Shown: one piece after another, positions 27,646 to 42,003 of the stretch
How the letters are laid out: each line of letters starts with the position of its first letter
Position numbering within the stretch: position 1 is the first letter of the stretch
NCBI RefSeq assembly: GCF_006345805.1
Contig: NC_043008.1
Span: 70,680,001-70,744,000 of the forward strand
Length of the DNA stretch: 64,000 bases
Reading direction: 5' to 3'
Source of the DNA: Octopus sinensis
Taxonomy: Eukaryota
The notes under the pieces: model-generated
Seen by the model: the letters and a program-made list of their open reading frames with translations, nothing else
Told to the model about the DNA's origin: nothing
Databases searched by the model: none
Program-made: the position numbers and the translations under genes

Positions 27646-27971
27646 GAAGGGTGAAATTAATTAATTTGGAATAATTATCAATTACACCAAGTAGTCTTCG
27701 GCATGTAAAAGCCTCATTCGAGGAAATAGTAGGAGAAATAGCTATAACTCTTTGACTGCTATTTCTAAATTCGGTCTGTGGTAAGGCAATTCGTTGCTAA
27801 ATCCTTTATTGCTTAGTATATATATATATATACAGATGCATCACCATAGTAAAACGTGCGTGAAAATGTAAGCACGTGGACTGCAATACCTCTATACTAA
27901 GACTGCTGCAAAAATGTGAGTATACTTTTAATAACTTATTGAACCATATCTCCACAAATCCTCTCTCTATA

Positions 27972-28246
27972 TATACACTGGCGAAAATACATTTAAGACC
28001 GATGATAAAAGTTCTATTTCTTACAAAATATTTTGTTACTAACACCATACAAATTATTTTTATATTTTACACCTTATACAGAATTTATTTCTCTTTCGAA
28101 TGATGCAGAAAATAAATACTTTTATACAACGTGAAGAATTCTAATGCTAAATTAATATAAATGTTCCAAATTTTGTTAGTAACAAAATATTTTGTAAGAA
28201 ATAGAACTTTTATCATCGGTCTTAAATTTATTTTCGCCAGTGTATA
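27972..28246. mobile_element. MITE with 73-bp TIRs, TA-flanked (Tc1/mariner-like)
   Basis: 27972-28044 is the reverse complement of 28174-28246 (ta-cactggcgaaaat...). AT-rich 129-bp core. Confidence 0.8.
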
Positions 28247-28912
28247 TTTACATTGAAGTTACTCCGTTTTTCGCTTATATATGAATAACAATTATAAAGT
28301 TTATACAACCCACTCACGGACATAAAGTACACTGAACGCACAGTATTTAAATGTATTTAACCAAAGAGGCGAGAAGCCTCGTTTCTCTGAACTGGAAAGT
28401 ACTATAATCAGTGTTTAGTAAGAACACTATAAATAGAAAGCAAAGAATAACAGAGAAAGAAATAGTAATGAATTTTGTCTTTTGAGCCTCGGGCAATCAC
28501 TATATGAATGAAGCTTCAACACACTTCAGAGGCGATGTTTTGTCTAAACGTTAATGCTTTAAAGACGGACCCATCTCTAAATGTCACTTCCTAAACGACT
28601 AACAAAACCAAAAAAAAAAAAAAAAAACGCGATGGACAGATAACAACGAATACAATGAAGTGATAGACGCATACTACATTGCAACACTTCCCCAAAGTAT
28701 ACAGGAATAAACTCATAGAGTAAATATTTAAGAAAATGAACCAACACAACTATATGTACCATCCACGCCCAATATCCAACAGAACACAACCTGCTCGAAA
28801 AACAATACAAAATACAAACACTAATACAACAGAAGACTCAAACCAAACACCATAACAAATCATACTGATGCAATACAATACTCCCCAAATGGGAAACATC
28901 ATTATTATTATT

Positions 28913-29471
28913 GAGTGAGCGAGCAGAGCATGCCATCAAAGTGACACTGGGGTAAAATATACGAAGCCCAGTATACCCATCATGACTACCCGTCTGATAA
29001 GGGTACATCAGGCACATGCATCACAACCATATGTGCGCGACATGGTGATCTCATATCAAGATAAACAGCACATGACCTTGCAGGTGGAGCCCAGTTAGAA
29101 TTTTCTTCAGATCGAGTAGCCCATCCCTCTCAAAAGGTCCCCGAATAAGGGTTGTTTAAGGACGTTGAACGAAACACCCATGTTTCCAGAGGTGAATTAT
29201 TCAAACCCCAAAGAATCCTTCTCAACACATGGCTATGATGCTCCCCCACTACTTCTGCTCGTGATCAGAGATGCACATATCGTCAGCCACTAAGGGACAT
29301 GCTCAACTGGTTAAGGTCAAACAACTGACAAGCAAATCTGTGGTATTGAGCAGAATATTTGATGTAGCCCATCTTTTATACCAAGACAAAACAATGTACA
29401 TGATAACACTTCCAATCAGTTAAGATCAGAAGCCATGAGAGCCACTGCCTGGTACTGCATCAGGGCATTTT
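28913..29471 (-). mobile_element. ~550-bp (TAA)n-associated retro-element, apparently full-length copy
   Basis: Minus strand runs from aaatgccctgatgcagtaccaggcagtggctctc to ...ctcactc-(AAT)n. A ~500-bp (TTA)n tract is adjacent. Confidence 0.9.
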
Positions 29472-29522
29472 ATTTTATTGTTATTATTATATTATTATTA
29501 CTATTATTATTATTATTATTAC

Positions 29523-29553
<31 letters not shown>

Positions 29554-29581
29554 TATTATATTATTATTATTATTATTATTA

Positions 29582-29612
<31 letters not shown>

Positions 29613-29909
29613 ATATTATTATATTATTATTATATTATTATTATTATTATTATTATTATTATCAATTATTATTATTATTATTATATCATTATTATTATTA
29701 ATATTATTATTATTATTATTATTATATTATTATTATTATTATATTATTATTATTATAATATTATTATTATTATTATTATATTATTATTATATATTATTAT
29801 ATTATATTATTATTATTATTATTATATTATTATTTATATATTATTATTATTATTATTATTATCATTATTATTATTAATTATTATTATTATATTATTATTA
29901 TTATTATTA

Positions 29910-29965
<56 letters not shown>
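29472..29965. repeat. Long imperfect (TTA)n microsatellite
   Basis: Direct reading. Confidence 0.97.
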
Positions 29966-29966
<1 letters not shown>

Positions 29967-29970
29967 ATAC

Positions 29971-30325
29971 GGTAAGCTGGCAGAATCGCTAGCACGCTTG
30001 GCGAAACGTTCAGTGCTACCTCACTCGTTGCTACAATCTGAGTTCAAATCCGCCGAGATCGACTTTGACTTTTATCCTTTCGGGGTCGATGAAATAAGTA
30101 CCAATTGGACTCTGATAATGATAATTATTAATATTATTACTAAAGGCGGCAAGCTGGCAGAATCATTAGTGCCTTGGACGAAATGCTCAGCCATATTTCG
30201 CCCGTCCCTACGTTCTTAGTTCAAGTTCCACCGAGGTCTACTTTGCCTTTCATCCTTTCGGCGGTCGATAAAACAAGTACCAATTTAACACAGGAATCGA
30301 TGTAATCGATATCTCCTCCCCCAAG
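29971..30325 (+). mobile_element. Two tandem tRNA-derived SINEs, family S2
   Basis: Heads ggtaagctggcagaatc / ggcggcaagctggcagaatc, B-box-like gagttcaaatcc, and conserved core gaggtcgactttgcctttcatcctttcggggtcgataaaataagtacca (resembles the MetaSINE-type core; inference). Other fragments at ~15497, 30990, 53722, 57085 and 59052. Confidence 0.8.
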
Positions 30326-30364
30326 CACTCATAGCCCTCTACCAGACGGGCAATTAGTTCAGTG

Positions 30365-30991
<627 letters not shown>

Positions 30992-32995
30992 GGTGGTGAA
31001 TTGGTGGAGTCGTTAGTGAGTCAGAAAAATTCTTAGCAGCATTACTTTCGACTTTTTATGTTCTAATTTTGAATCTTGTCGAACTCAAATAAATTATCTA
31101 TAAAAAGACTGGGTTGATTTAATCGACCAACCCTTCCATGAAAAGTTCTGCCCTTGTGCCTAAGTGAGAAGCAATTACGATTTGTTGTTCTTGTTTCAGT
31201 TGTAGATGTTGCTGATATTGTTGTTATTGACGTTCGTGGTAGTATTTCTGATGCTGGGGCATTGTTGTTTATTATTATTGATTGGAAAAACGTTGTCTTT
31301 ATATTTGATTTCGGTGTTGATCGTGTGAGTAGTTTTGCTGTTGTTGTTGGTAGTAATGTTAGTGGTGTTGGAAACTTGTAACATAGCACCAGAAAATTTA
31401 AAATCTTTAACACGTTTTACTATATAAAATAATAGTTTTGCTCTACTGGGATATTCAAATGACCCTTCCATTACGTTGGGTTGCAAAATAAGGTTTGTCT
31501 TAGACATTTGATACATTTTGCAAATACTGTTACTCGTAATTCAATATAAATTCTTCTGTAGGGACAGGAGGAGGTGCTAACTGCAAACGTGATCGCAGCG
31601 GATACGCACCAAAAATTTTCGACAATTATTTTGAAATATTTTACAAAACAAAACAAAAAATCACGAGTTAAACGAAAAATAAAACTGAGAGTTGACAATA
31701 GGACAAACATAAATATTTGTAAATTCCAAGCATACACACTTGAACAAACATAAATGGCGAAAGAATAAACTCTAAAACTTTTATAAAAAATGAAAAAATA
31801 ACAAAGGAGGAGAATAATGGACTATATATCGACCCTACTATTTGCCTGGCTCTGTATTTTGTTGACACAGGAAGGCCGATAAAATAAAACGCATGCGAAC
31901 ACACACATACATACACACACATATTCCACACACAGATTCATACATATCTATCGATATCGACCTGTGCATGAACGTATATAAATGTCTAAATCTATATACA
32001 TATATGTATGTATAAATATCTGTAGATATCTATAAATCTGTCTGCCTTTTTAGCTATGTAACCAGATATACAAAATAAGGGTGACTTAGATGTTTCATAC
32101 ATATTGCGCGTATGTGTCTATATTTTCACAAATCTTGTTGACATTTTGTAATACAAGGGCTCTCATTAACAGTAAAAGAGATGGAAACTGGAGAGGAGTG
32201 CCAAACCCTCAGGTACAGCAGGTTAAAGAGAAAGCAAGCGGGTGGAAAGGAAGAACTTCAAAAGATGTTTTACTGATCAACCAAAAGGAGAACCCGGAAG
32301 AAATCAACATAAAAGACTCCCACCTCCTCTTTGGAAGCCATGCTTAAGCTAGTGTTTAATTCCATTCTTGCAAGCAGCTCTCACTGTTATGCTGACCATG
32401 TGCGAAATAAATGCGTGTGCGACAATAAAGAACATCAGAAATGATAAAGAGCTGGGGATAGTTGTTACTTTCGTACGAACGGGTAGCTAAAACAGAACTA
32501 ACGACAAGTGACATGCGGTCAGTGGGTGTCAAACTGTATTTATAATTCCTATTGAATCTAGGATACCAGAACGCTGAGACAAAGACCGTGCGATTAATAG
32601 CTCAAAGTAAATATCTGTTTTGCTATACGTATGCTATATTGCCTGAAAAAAAAACCTAGAAATATTAGGCTTGGATACTAGAAACGTAAGTTAACCGAGT
32701 TAAGGAGAAGAGCAACAAGTTTTAGGTTCCAACTGCAATGGCTGGAGAAATAGCTTTATACTCATCTTTGAAAAGAAAGAAATATATAGTTATTCTGGAA
32801 ACAAAAGTAATCTACAGTGCCAGTCTATCGCTTTGTGATGAGGAAGATATAACGATTGCTGAAAACCATATAAAAACCGTCGAACAAGCAAAAAGAAAAG
32901 GGAAAAATATCTTTAAAAAAGTATAAGCACAAGGTATGGAATTTAGGAGTAGGGGTGTGTCGATTGCCGCAATGTATTTTGTCCAGTGCCAGAAC

Positions 32996-33137
32996 GTTCT
33001 CTCCTACCCTGATGTAATCTCCAGGGATACAGGCATCCTGCAACAGGACCTCCGTAATGCCATGATGGACCGTGAAGTCTGGCGTAGCATGGTAAATTCC
33101 ATTGTCTCGACCACGGTCGAACAATGATGATGATGAT
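32996..33137 (+). mobile_element. RTE-clade LINE 3' terminal fragment
   Basis: SYPDVISRDTGILQQDLRNAMMDREVWRSMVNSIVSTTVEQ* (RTE-type DL..AM.DR..W) followed by a (TGA)n tail. Confidence 0.75.
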
Positions 33138-33157
33138 GTAGCAATACACGTACGCAC

Positions 33158-33190
<33 letters not shown>

Positions 33191-33850
33191 ACCATACACC
33201 TACACACATACCTACCTACCTACCTACCTATCTACCTTCTTACATACATACATAAATACATCTTTCAATTCTTCCATCCATCCATCCATCCATCCATCCA
33301 TACATACATACACACATACATAGATACATATGTATGCCAACATATTCGCGCAAAAACCTAGAACTACTCAGTTTCACGGAGAAAGAACAAAATAAACTGA
33401 CGAGGATTCTTCACATCCAATCTTTTAGAAGAATAGTGAAGATTTGTAAGACATTCCAAAAATTCTTCGTTTCAGATTCTTATGTGAATAGATGCGCACA
33501 ATTGGGTGTATGCATCTACAGTTCAACCAACACACCAACTCAACCACACATTTACAAACACCAGGAACTCTCTCGTTGCTTTGTTAGCGACCGGCTTGAA
33601 CTCTCTCAAGAAGAACTTAAATAAAACTTAAAGGAAAAACATGAAACGCACATTAAATGCACCTCAGTTGATGGAATTTGTAGCAAGAAAATGAAAAAAA
33701 TTATACCACGTTGGAAAAATTATCAAAAGGGAAAAATGTAATTTAGAAAATTCTGCATTTAGTATTTGTATAATTTTTGATTGAGAAAATCCCCTTCCCG
33801 AATCATATAGACACGTAAGGCCGATTTCCCTGTTTCTTGTGGCATATATA

Positions 33851-34043
33851 TTCCCCCACTGGACGAAACGACGATCCGTTGCAAGATTACTCAATTTTGC
33901 CACCAGAGTGGACTGAAGCAACGTTAAATGAATAGTTTTGATAAAAAAAAAGCAAAAACACAACGTACTGCCCAGTTCAGAAATCGAAACCACTATCTTA
34001 CGATCATGAATCCAGTACACTAACCACTAAGCAATGTAGCTCC
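33851..34043 (-). mobile_element. tRNA-derived SINE, family S3 (V-SINE-like body)
   Basis: Head ggagctacattgcttagtggttagtgtactggattcatgatcgtaagatagtggtttcgatt, homologous to 62430-62609. Confidence 0.65.
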
Positions 34044-35149
34044 ATATACCAGATATCGATAAGGATCTATTTCCCAACGTCATTCTATAATATTTTATCT
34101 TAACTTTGTCTTCACTTTTTTAATAGCCTCAGTTCCTATTTCCCCAGACTCTTCAAAATGTCTCACATTTCTAATTCTCGATTTTAATTGCTGAATTTCT
34201 TGAAGACAGAAATTATACTTTTTTTTATTTCGTTGTTGGTACTGGTATTAATTAAACGTTATTCATTATTACCAGTAAAGCATCGCCTTCCCGGCGCTTT
34301 CCCAGCTACATTTACACATTCGATTCCCAATTTGTGTAATTTTTCTGGTACGTTGCGTCCAATTTTCTTTAGTATCCTTTATTCGCTTAGAAAATAAATC
34401 TAGAGCAATACCAGACATTTAAGCATGGCGTTAGAGTTTATGAAGAAATTGGGCATTATGTTGACTTATGCCGTAACAGTATATCAGCATACACATGTGT
34501 GACCCTCGAATTTCTTTTCCCAAGTGTTTCTAAAAACAAAAATGGATAGTTTTAAACAAAGTTTTCAAAGAGATACGTTTCACATGATGTAAATTACGAA
34601 TATATATTGGAATTTGATGTAAAAAAAACGGGACTGGATACGTTGATAAATCACGCATCTCATCAGAACTCATGAGGAAACAAAGAGAATGTGTGTGAAT
34701 TATCCAAACCTTCCTTCAATTTTTTTCACATCAAGTTCCATCATAATCGTAATCTATACAATATGAAACATTACTGCAAAACATTTTCGCAAAATTGTGT
34801 AGTTTTCAAAAGGTATCAAGAAACAAACTGAGTAGTGTAAGTTACTCAAAACTCCTCTCCACAATTCCGAGGCAATTTTTCAGTGCAAAATCCGATATAA
34901 CCCCAAACTCCATGTAAAATGTATCTGAAAAATTTCATTAAACAAATACGACTTCTTCCGAAATCATTAAAGAAGAGAAGTCATGTGTGTGAGTATAGTA
35001 GGACACAGCTGTTATTATGCCGTTTATATTTAGTACAAATGACAAATAAATGAAATCCACTTATTCAGCTTGCTACTTCTTTTTTTAACATCCAACAAAT
35101 ATGACAGGATACTTGAATTGACATAATTGGCTGACACTAAGACAATAAA

Positions 35150-36100
35150 TTAGAGAAATTATTTTGTTGAAATATGAAAATAGCTCTATAAATATATGTG
35201 TAGCCTTTCATTTCCAGAAGAAATACAAACAGAAACGTTAAAAATCGTCGTCTCGAAGTGTAAGAAAACAGACGTTTGATTGAATACCGTAATGGAAATC
35301 TTCAATAATAAATGTCCTTGAAAATCACATCTTGATTATAAAATATCAAAATAGGAATTTATAAAAATTTTCTAGACAGTGCTGATTTTAATAATTGCGG
35401 TCTCTTAGTAAAAGTTAGATACTCCAATCGAGATAATAAGCAACTTTCTTTATTATTGTATTGATATATTGTTCCAGTCCCACAATGGGATTTTATAAAA
35501 AGTTTATTTCACTTATCTTGTTGCAAATGATGCTTCTTGTTCTGTATTTATGTAAATATGTTCCTTCTGTGTCACCTTTTAGGTGGTTTATTCTAAAGGG
35601 AGTAATTTAATTTCTTGGCAATTCGCTTAGTGTTCACTTGAGAATACTACTGCTATTAGTTGTTCAAGAGAGGGAAACTATTTTTGGCATTCAGTTCTAT
35701 TTTTAATATCAAAGCAAGATGTGTTCAAAATACTTTTGAAACTATTAATTCGCAAACTTTCAGTTCACTTTGCCCAGATGATTAATCCTCAAGAATTCGT
35801 AAATCTGCGTTTGTTAAAATTCTCTTATACTCATTTCTTTATCTAATAGACTCTGAGTGGTTGTTATCCATTCTCTCTGCTTTATGGTTGCCGTGAGGCA
35901 AAAATCCCAAGTTTTGTGTCTCCTGACAAAGCCTTTGACCTCCAGATGGTTCTGAGCACCCTGAATGTAGTTTCAGCTTTCAGAATCATGTTTCTATTTC
36001 TGGGTATGTTTAATCCTCTTTATTGACTAGGTTACCCAGATAAGTGAAATGTCATCTTTAGTTTCCTCTTTTCTGATTGTGCCGTGTACAACATTAAACA
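35150..36100 (-). mobile_element. Highly degraded Penelope-like 3' region (GIY-YIG remnants)
   Basis: Remnants KRILTNADL..., EQYI, and a decayed TGAAGA...AAACGTC motif near 35270-35310. Many stops. Confidence 0.35.
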
Positions 36101-36479
36101 TTACCATTCAAAATTTGTCTTACTACACCATACAAGGCATTAACTGCTGAAAAATCTCTGGGAATAAAACAACTAAGCTTTCGAATTAACAAAACAGTTA
36201 TTGGCAACAGATATTGACCAGGATCATATCCATGTAAATATCAATTACTGACCAAGAAAGTTAAAATCGAAGTGTATGAAAGGAAGGAAAAAAGCCTAAG
36301 TTTGGTAGATTATCTATCAGAAGCAATTTTCACCACACGTGGATTCTGGAGACATTAACTATGATAAAGACGAAAGAGGAAATTATGAAAACTAATTCTC
36401 TCTCTAATTAAAGAAGAGACTGCTTTCCCTATACGTTTTAGTGCTTGGTGTTAAGACATTCAACCACTATTCCAAACAA

Positions 36480-37300
36480 CTGAATTTCGACAGAAATGCT
36501 ATGGTAAGACAATCGGCCATTTTGGACGACCTAAATTTATACGCCGCAGATTATAAACAAGTAGAGAGATAGTTACAGACATTGCACGGTTTTACTATAG
36601 GTTACTAGAATGCTCCAAGGTAATCTTAAAGAGAGAAAAATTAATTAAGAACACCGATGTCATGTTAGATAAAGGAACTGAGATAAGAAAATAAGAAGAA
36701 ACACAGACTTCCAAATACTTAGGTATTAATGAGTTAGACAGTGTACAACACACACAAATGGAAGAAAAGGTTACGAAGGAATATTAGAGACACATTAGTT
36801 TAATACTTAAAACTAAACTAAATGCAAGAAAAAACTGCTTGATTACTTCAGCTGTCTCAGTAATAATAGGAAATACTTATAATATTCTCAACTGGACGCT
36901 AAATGAATTATACGACCAGACAAGAACCAAGAAAAAATGACTGTACACAGAGAACAAAATCGAATATCAAACATAGAAAAAATTATTCAGCACGAATGCA
37001 CGAAGGTAAGAGACAGCTTTAGCTAGAAAACTATTATAAAATATCCACAGTAGGACTAAAAAATTTAGTAATGAATATTGAAAAACTAATTCAAATAGCT
37101 ACAAAACATGAACATGAAATGATATTCTGTTTTTCAAGGAAGAGAACAAATACAAAACAAATGCTGGGTAACCGAAAGTTTTGAAGAGAAATACGTAACA
37201 AGAGAAGTGAATAAAAGCTTAAATAAGCAAAAGAAAGAGAATATAAAGAACCATGCGATTAGGGAAAGACATTTTAAAATAAAGAATAGAATATTAGACT
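36480..37300 (+). mobile_element. Degraded R4/Dong LINE fragment related to family A, opposite orientation
   Basis: GKTI.H..DDLNLYAA..KQ, KYLGINELD.VQHTQM.EK..KEY, ILNWT, matching 19200-19800 inverted. Confidence 0.75.
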
Positions 37301-37859
37301 TTTTTGTTGATTTTTCATTGAAAGAATTGCTGTATCATGGATTTGAAAGGCAACCATAAACTGGCTACGTCGCTGTGGTTCCTTTTGAGAAGTTGGAAAT
37401 CGATCACAGGGGGAAAAATCATGTGCAGGGCTGAAATTCCAGAGAGTAGTGGTTCATATGATAAACTTGCTGTAATGGTTAGCACAACTACCGACGATAC
37501 AATATATGGGATGAGAGGAGTATGTTGGTAATACCTGAGTGGAGTTGGGACAGAGTAACCAGTTTCGAGGTGCAAAGGTAAATCTAGTTTCATTAGAAAA
37601 ACCAAGGAAGTGAGAAAGCATGTCTGCATGTCTGCAGTTGGATGGATTTACACAACACGTCAACTTGATGGTCATTTTTGGATAAAGTTTAATATATTTC
37701 TGACTATGGTAGAACTTTCGTCCCAAACGTAATAGTTGTATACTATTCCGAGATTCAAACGTGTTTTGCAGATAGTTAATAGCTGTTTGATAGTACAGAT
37801 TCTTCTGGCTTTCAAGACGAAGGATAGTTTTAGTGAAATAATCTAACATATATTGTTAG

Positions 37860-38023
37860 ACTGTGGCCATGCTAGATCACCGCCTTTAGTGGAGCAAATC
37901 GACTCCAGGACTTTGTAGGCCTAGTACTTATTCTATCGGTCTCTTTGGCCGAACCGCTAAGTTACGGGGAGGTAAACACACCAGCATCAGTTGTCAAGCG
38001 ATGGGACAAACACAGACACACAA

Positions 38024-38087
<64 letters not shown>

Positions 38088-38268
38088 TTATATATACATA
38101 TATACGACGGGCTTCTTTCAGTTTTCGTCTACCAAATCCGCTCACAAGGCGTTAGTCGTCCCGATGCTATAGTAGAAGACACTTGCCCAAGGTGCCACGC
38201 AGTGGGGCTGAACCCGGAACCATGTTGTTGGTAAGCAAGCTACTTACCACACAGACACTCCTACGCCT
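37860..38268 (-). mobile_element. tRNA-derived SINE, family S1
   Basis: Full-length homolog including the ggcaccttgggcaagtgtcttctactatagc block. Confidence 0.88.
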
Positions 38269-38599
38269 AGTTTGGGAAAAATATGGACTAATTCTGTATT
38301 GTATTGCTTTAAGGGTAATGGTAGGACGTTGACATGGTCGATGACCTAGATGGTAAAACTGTATGCGTGGAAATGTGTGCATATCGATGGGCTCGGTGGG
38401 GAGAAACGAGGTAACTTTGTCGTTCTGCAGCAGTGCTGCCTGTTGTATACCGTGTGGAGCTAAATGAGAAGCGGGCAATAAATGTGGTCAATGTCTGATG
38501 ATTGAACATTCTATATATGATGAAGATTGATAAAGAAAAATAGATGATTTGACAGAAAGTTGCAAGAATCAAAGCTGAGAACAAAGTACTTCTGATTAC

Positions 38600-39250
38600 A
38601 GCATTGGATTAAAGCCTTCACTTCAGAAATTATCAAGGGCATCTAATGTAGAAATATTTAACAAAATTGTCAGTTTTGCTGAGATCAGATGAAGGGGTAG
38701 ATCTCATGGCCCATGCAGATCGTCAATATTCCTTTTAGAATGTTGCAGATCAACACCTGCAGGAAAAATATGAGCAGAAATGAGATTCTAGAGAAACGAT
38801 GTCCTAGGAAAGCAGGATTGGGAAGAGTGGTTATTTGGTGTAAAGGTGGTTGGATGCTATGAGGATCAGAATACTATCGCTACTGTGTCCATTAGGGCTG
38901 TAATGCTAATCAGCTGAGTGACCTTTTACTGGATGCTGTCCAGGGTGTTAGTAAGCATAGCATCAAACCCATCTCAGAACTGAGTACAGTAATCCATTGG
39001 TGGGTTTACTTGAAGCGTATAGGGTATCACTAAAGCTGTTGGAGCCTGATGTATTTTCTGACTCTGAAAAAAGGGACAATCTTTGAGACTTAGTTTGAGT
39101 TAAGATAAGGATGTATACTGAGACACACTCAGTAGTTGTGAGATCCAAGATTTTGAGTGTTTTTGAGGTCACTTGCTGAGTACTTCTCACGATTAGAGAG
39201 AGTATGATATGGCGGTGTTTCCTTCATAGGAGTAGTGGATGAATGACTTT
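38600..39250 (-). mobile_element. Degraded CR1/Jockey-group LINE RT C-terminal fragment
   Basis: Remnants resembling LKILG.T...., TLY.AQV.PTMDYCT, TLDSIQ.K...LIS and FPRTS.L.N. Confidence 0.55.
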
Positions 39251-41633
39251 CTACTGACAGAGAAAAGGTTAGCTTAGCCCCAGTGGAGGATACTCTCAAA
39301 ATCTCCCTTCATGTAATCTCGCAGGCTCTGCACGTAATGTTCAGTATGCGTACGGGTGATGTTAGACACCCTTAACCAAGAGTTAATAAATCGACAATCT
39401 TGTGAAATATAGTACAAGTAGGTAATCTCATTACCTCTTTCCAGTTCATATCCATTCAGAGTTTTCAGCGAAACCAGGCCTGAACAACGTACAGGAACAT
39501 TTTTTCAGCAATCTCGATGCCGATCAATCTTGCCTTGTTGCATCAAGTACTGATTTACAAACCCACCGTTTAATGCATGAACCTGTTATCTCATCTCATT
39601 CCTACAGTGTGGAGGCCGCTCACCTGTCTGTTTCATCAAATACAATCAAAATGGCGTATACCTTTCTGATAGTATCTGATACAGCATCCACCTATGCCTA
39701 TGCGGTTGTTCTACACTATAGCTCGAACGAGATAGTATCGAACTCCTATCGGTTCTATAGTAAAGTCTCCAGAAAAAAAGCATGAGCAATGCTAAAAGAT
39801 ATACTTGTCATATCGAGCCTGTGATTTAAAACTACTATCTGACATACGATGACAAACCACCGCAAAATGAAATGATCCCACATCTCAAATCGACACAGTA
39901 GAGAGCTAGCATATATGCTAACAGTAAACAGAAAGTTTTGGGATGACCCAAGTGGATCCGGGCTCCACTGAACCCAGGTTTGTTACCCACCTTCTATTCA
40001 ATATACTGCATAAGGGGAAGATTGCAAATAATTCTTTCTAGAATTGTAATTGTACAGCTCTATGCACACATTTTCATAGTATTGACAACAAAATCAATCT
40101 AACCTCTTGACGTGCACTTTAGACAAACTTTTAGACTCTGCGCCTAGAGTTATGAGCTGGAAATGTTTGACGACGTCAGCTTGCTTGTGTTCTACAATAC
40201 TACTAATTCAAGCTAATGTAGCTGGAAATGTTCCAAACCTACTCCCAGTTATGGTTGATGTCTTCCAAGCGAGAGTCAAACACATCTGGCAAGTTTGAGT
40301 GTATCGTAAACAATCAAAGCCCAACGATTTAACACACGGATAATCTTTTACTGACAACCAAAACTGAGCTGCTGTTACTGACTTTCGAAAACAATCAGAG
40401 TTTCAGCTGAGAGCTCCGTCAAACTGTCGAGGTAGACACAAAAGTCCTCTGCTTGCAGTCCACGCCTATCACCGAATAATTGGGCAAAATATTGCTGGTA
40501 AACTGGAGTCGAATAGCATGCACCGCTCATGGACCCTCAGAACCTGAATGTTTATTGGCTTTCATCCGATCTTTCTAATTTTGGCTTTTGGTCAAAGTCT
40601 AACAATATGTAGTCTGTACCTGTCAATCAGTTACAAATGTCTAAAACGGTCGACGCGGATTTTACAGCCCCATATTCTAACTGCGCCTGTCACACAATTT
40701 CCTGCACCTAATATTTCATACCACCGACTTCGGTTGGCAAGGAAGAATATACTACTTAATAAAAACTCTTATATTATTTAATAAAATCTCTATCATAAAT
40801 AAACTATTCCATAAAAATCTATCTTAAATATATTATTTAATAAAAGCACTTTCGTAAATATATTATTTTATTACAGTTCTGTCTTAAATGTATTATTTTA
40901 CAGAAACTCTATCTTAAATAACGTTTCAGAATTGATATCTCTTTGATATCACAAAAGAAAATATTTGCGGAAATATTTTTCAAAATAGTGTAGTACCCAC
41001 ACAAAATGACGTTTTCTATGAATATTTGATACATTATGCAAACATAAATTCTGTATAATGGGTGATACATAAATGAGCACATACAGAGTTAACAAGATGT
41101 GAAAGAGATTCACCACTCTAGAAGACAGAGAGAAACTATAGGAAGACATCATGTGATGGAACAATGCCGTGTTTTACTGATTTCGAGTTAAACAACGCTA
41201 TGTTCACAAAATTTCTCGAGGTGAGTGCCCTCTGGCACCTGATACGGCGGTGTACGTCTCAAGTAGATAACCTTGCATTTTGGAAACCGTCTATGTATTT
41301 ATTAGAAGTGAGACTGAATATGTTGGAAAATGGTATTGTTAATGGCCGTCTCTATCTGCCACAAGATACTGAAAGTGTGTGCAACAACGGTTTGTTAATT
41401 GGCTTGGCTATAGAGATTACTCTTTCTAAGATCAGCACAACTGAAATGAGTTATCAAAGATCTATAAAATCATTCACGACAAGAATGAACGAGAGAGAAA
41501 GAAGAGCTAAACCGCTCTAATGCTGTAGATAATTTTATATATATACATTAGCGAATCACTAAATCATCCAATAACATGCGTGATGAAAATATAAATACTA
41601 ATGGTGAAGTGAGTCTGAAAAGAGCCGAACAAT

Positions 41634-41702
41634 CGAGCGGTCTTAACTGATGATGCGACAGAAATTGCCGAAACTGACGTCAGTATCAAGCATTTACGCT
41701 CG
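41634..41702 (+). ncRNA. Type I hammerhead ribozyme motif, copy 1 (extended helix I)
   Basis: CGAGCG-gt-CTTAA-CTGATGA-TGCGAC-agaa-ATTGCC-GAA-ACTGACGTCAGT-A^TCAAG-cattta-CGCTCG. Perfect 12-nt palindromic helix III and 6-bp outer helix I, but a U.C mismatch at the helix II base. Confidence 0.75.
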
Positions 41703-41954
41703 GCTTTCAGACGATTATGGACCCTATTAGCGTATATGTTTCCATTCATGTGCGTTATCCACAGTATTAGAGCGGTATAGCTCTTATTTCTAGCAATGTA
41801 GGTGTTTCTTAACACCCTAGTCATATTTGATGAAACATTGCAAAGTATTGTTTATATTAATTTTATATATACATATTAACGATCGCTAAATCAGCCAATA
41901 ATTTGGAAAACGAAAACGTGAATACTATTGGCGAAGCGATTCCGGAAGAGCGGC

Positions 41955-42003
41955 CTTAACTGATGAGGTAATGGAAACTGCCGAAACTGGCGTCAGTATT
42001 AAG
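41955..42003 (+). ncRNA. Type I hammerhead ribozyme motif, copy 2 (core and inner helices intact)
   Basis: CTTAA-CTGATGA-GGTAAT-ggaa-ACTGCC-GAA-ACTGGCGTCAGT-A^TTAAG. 5-bp helix I, canonical core, GNRA-capped helix II, GUA triplet, predicted cut after 41998. Confidence 0.85.

Noticed and set aside
29380-29471. HDV-like ribozyme at the 5' end of the ~550-bp element (expected for some R2/R4 elements)
   Set aside because: I could not build a P1/P3/P2 nested pseudoknot by eye. A descriptor search would be needed.
40750-40925. AT-rich degenerate ~30-bp minisatellite
   Set aside because: Low-complexity local expansion with no distinguishing structure.
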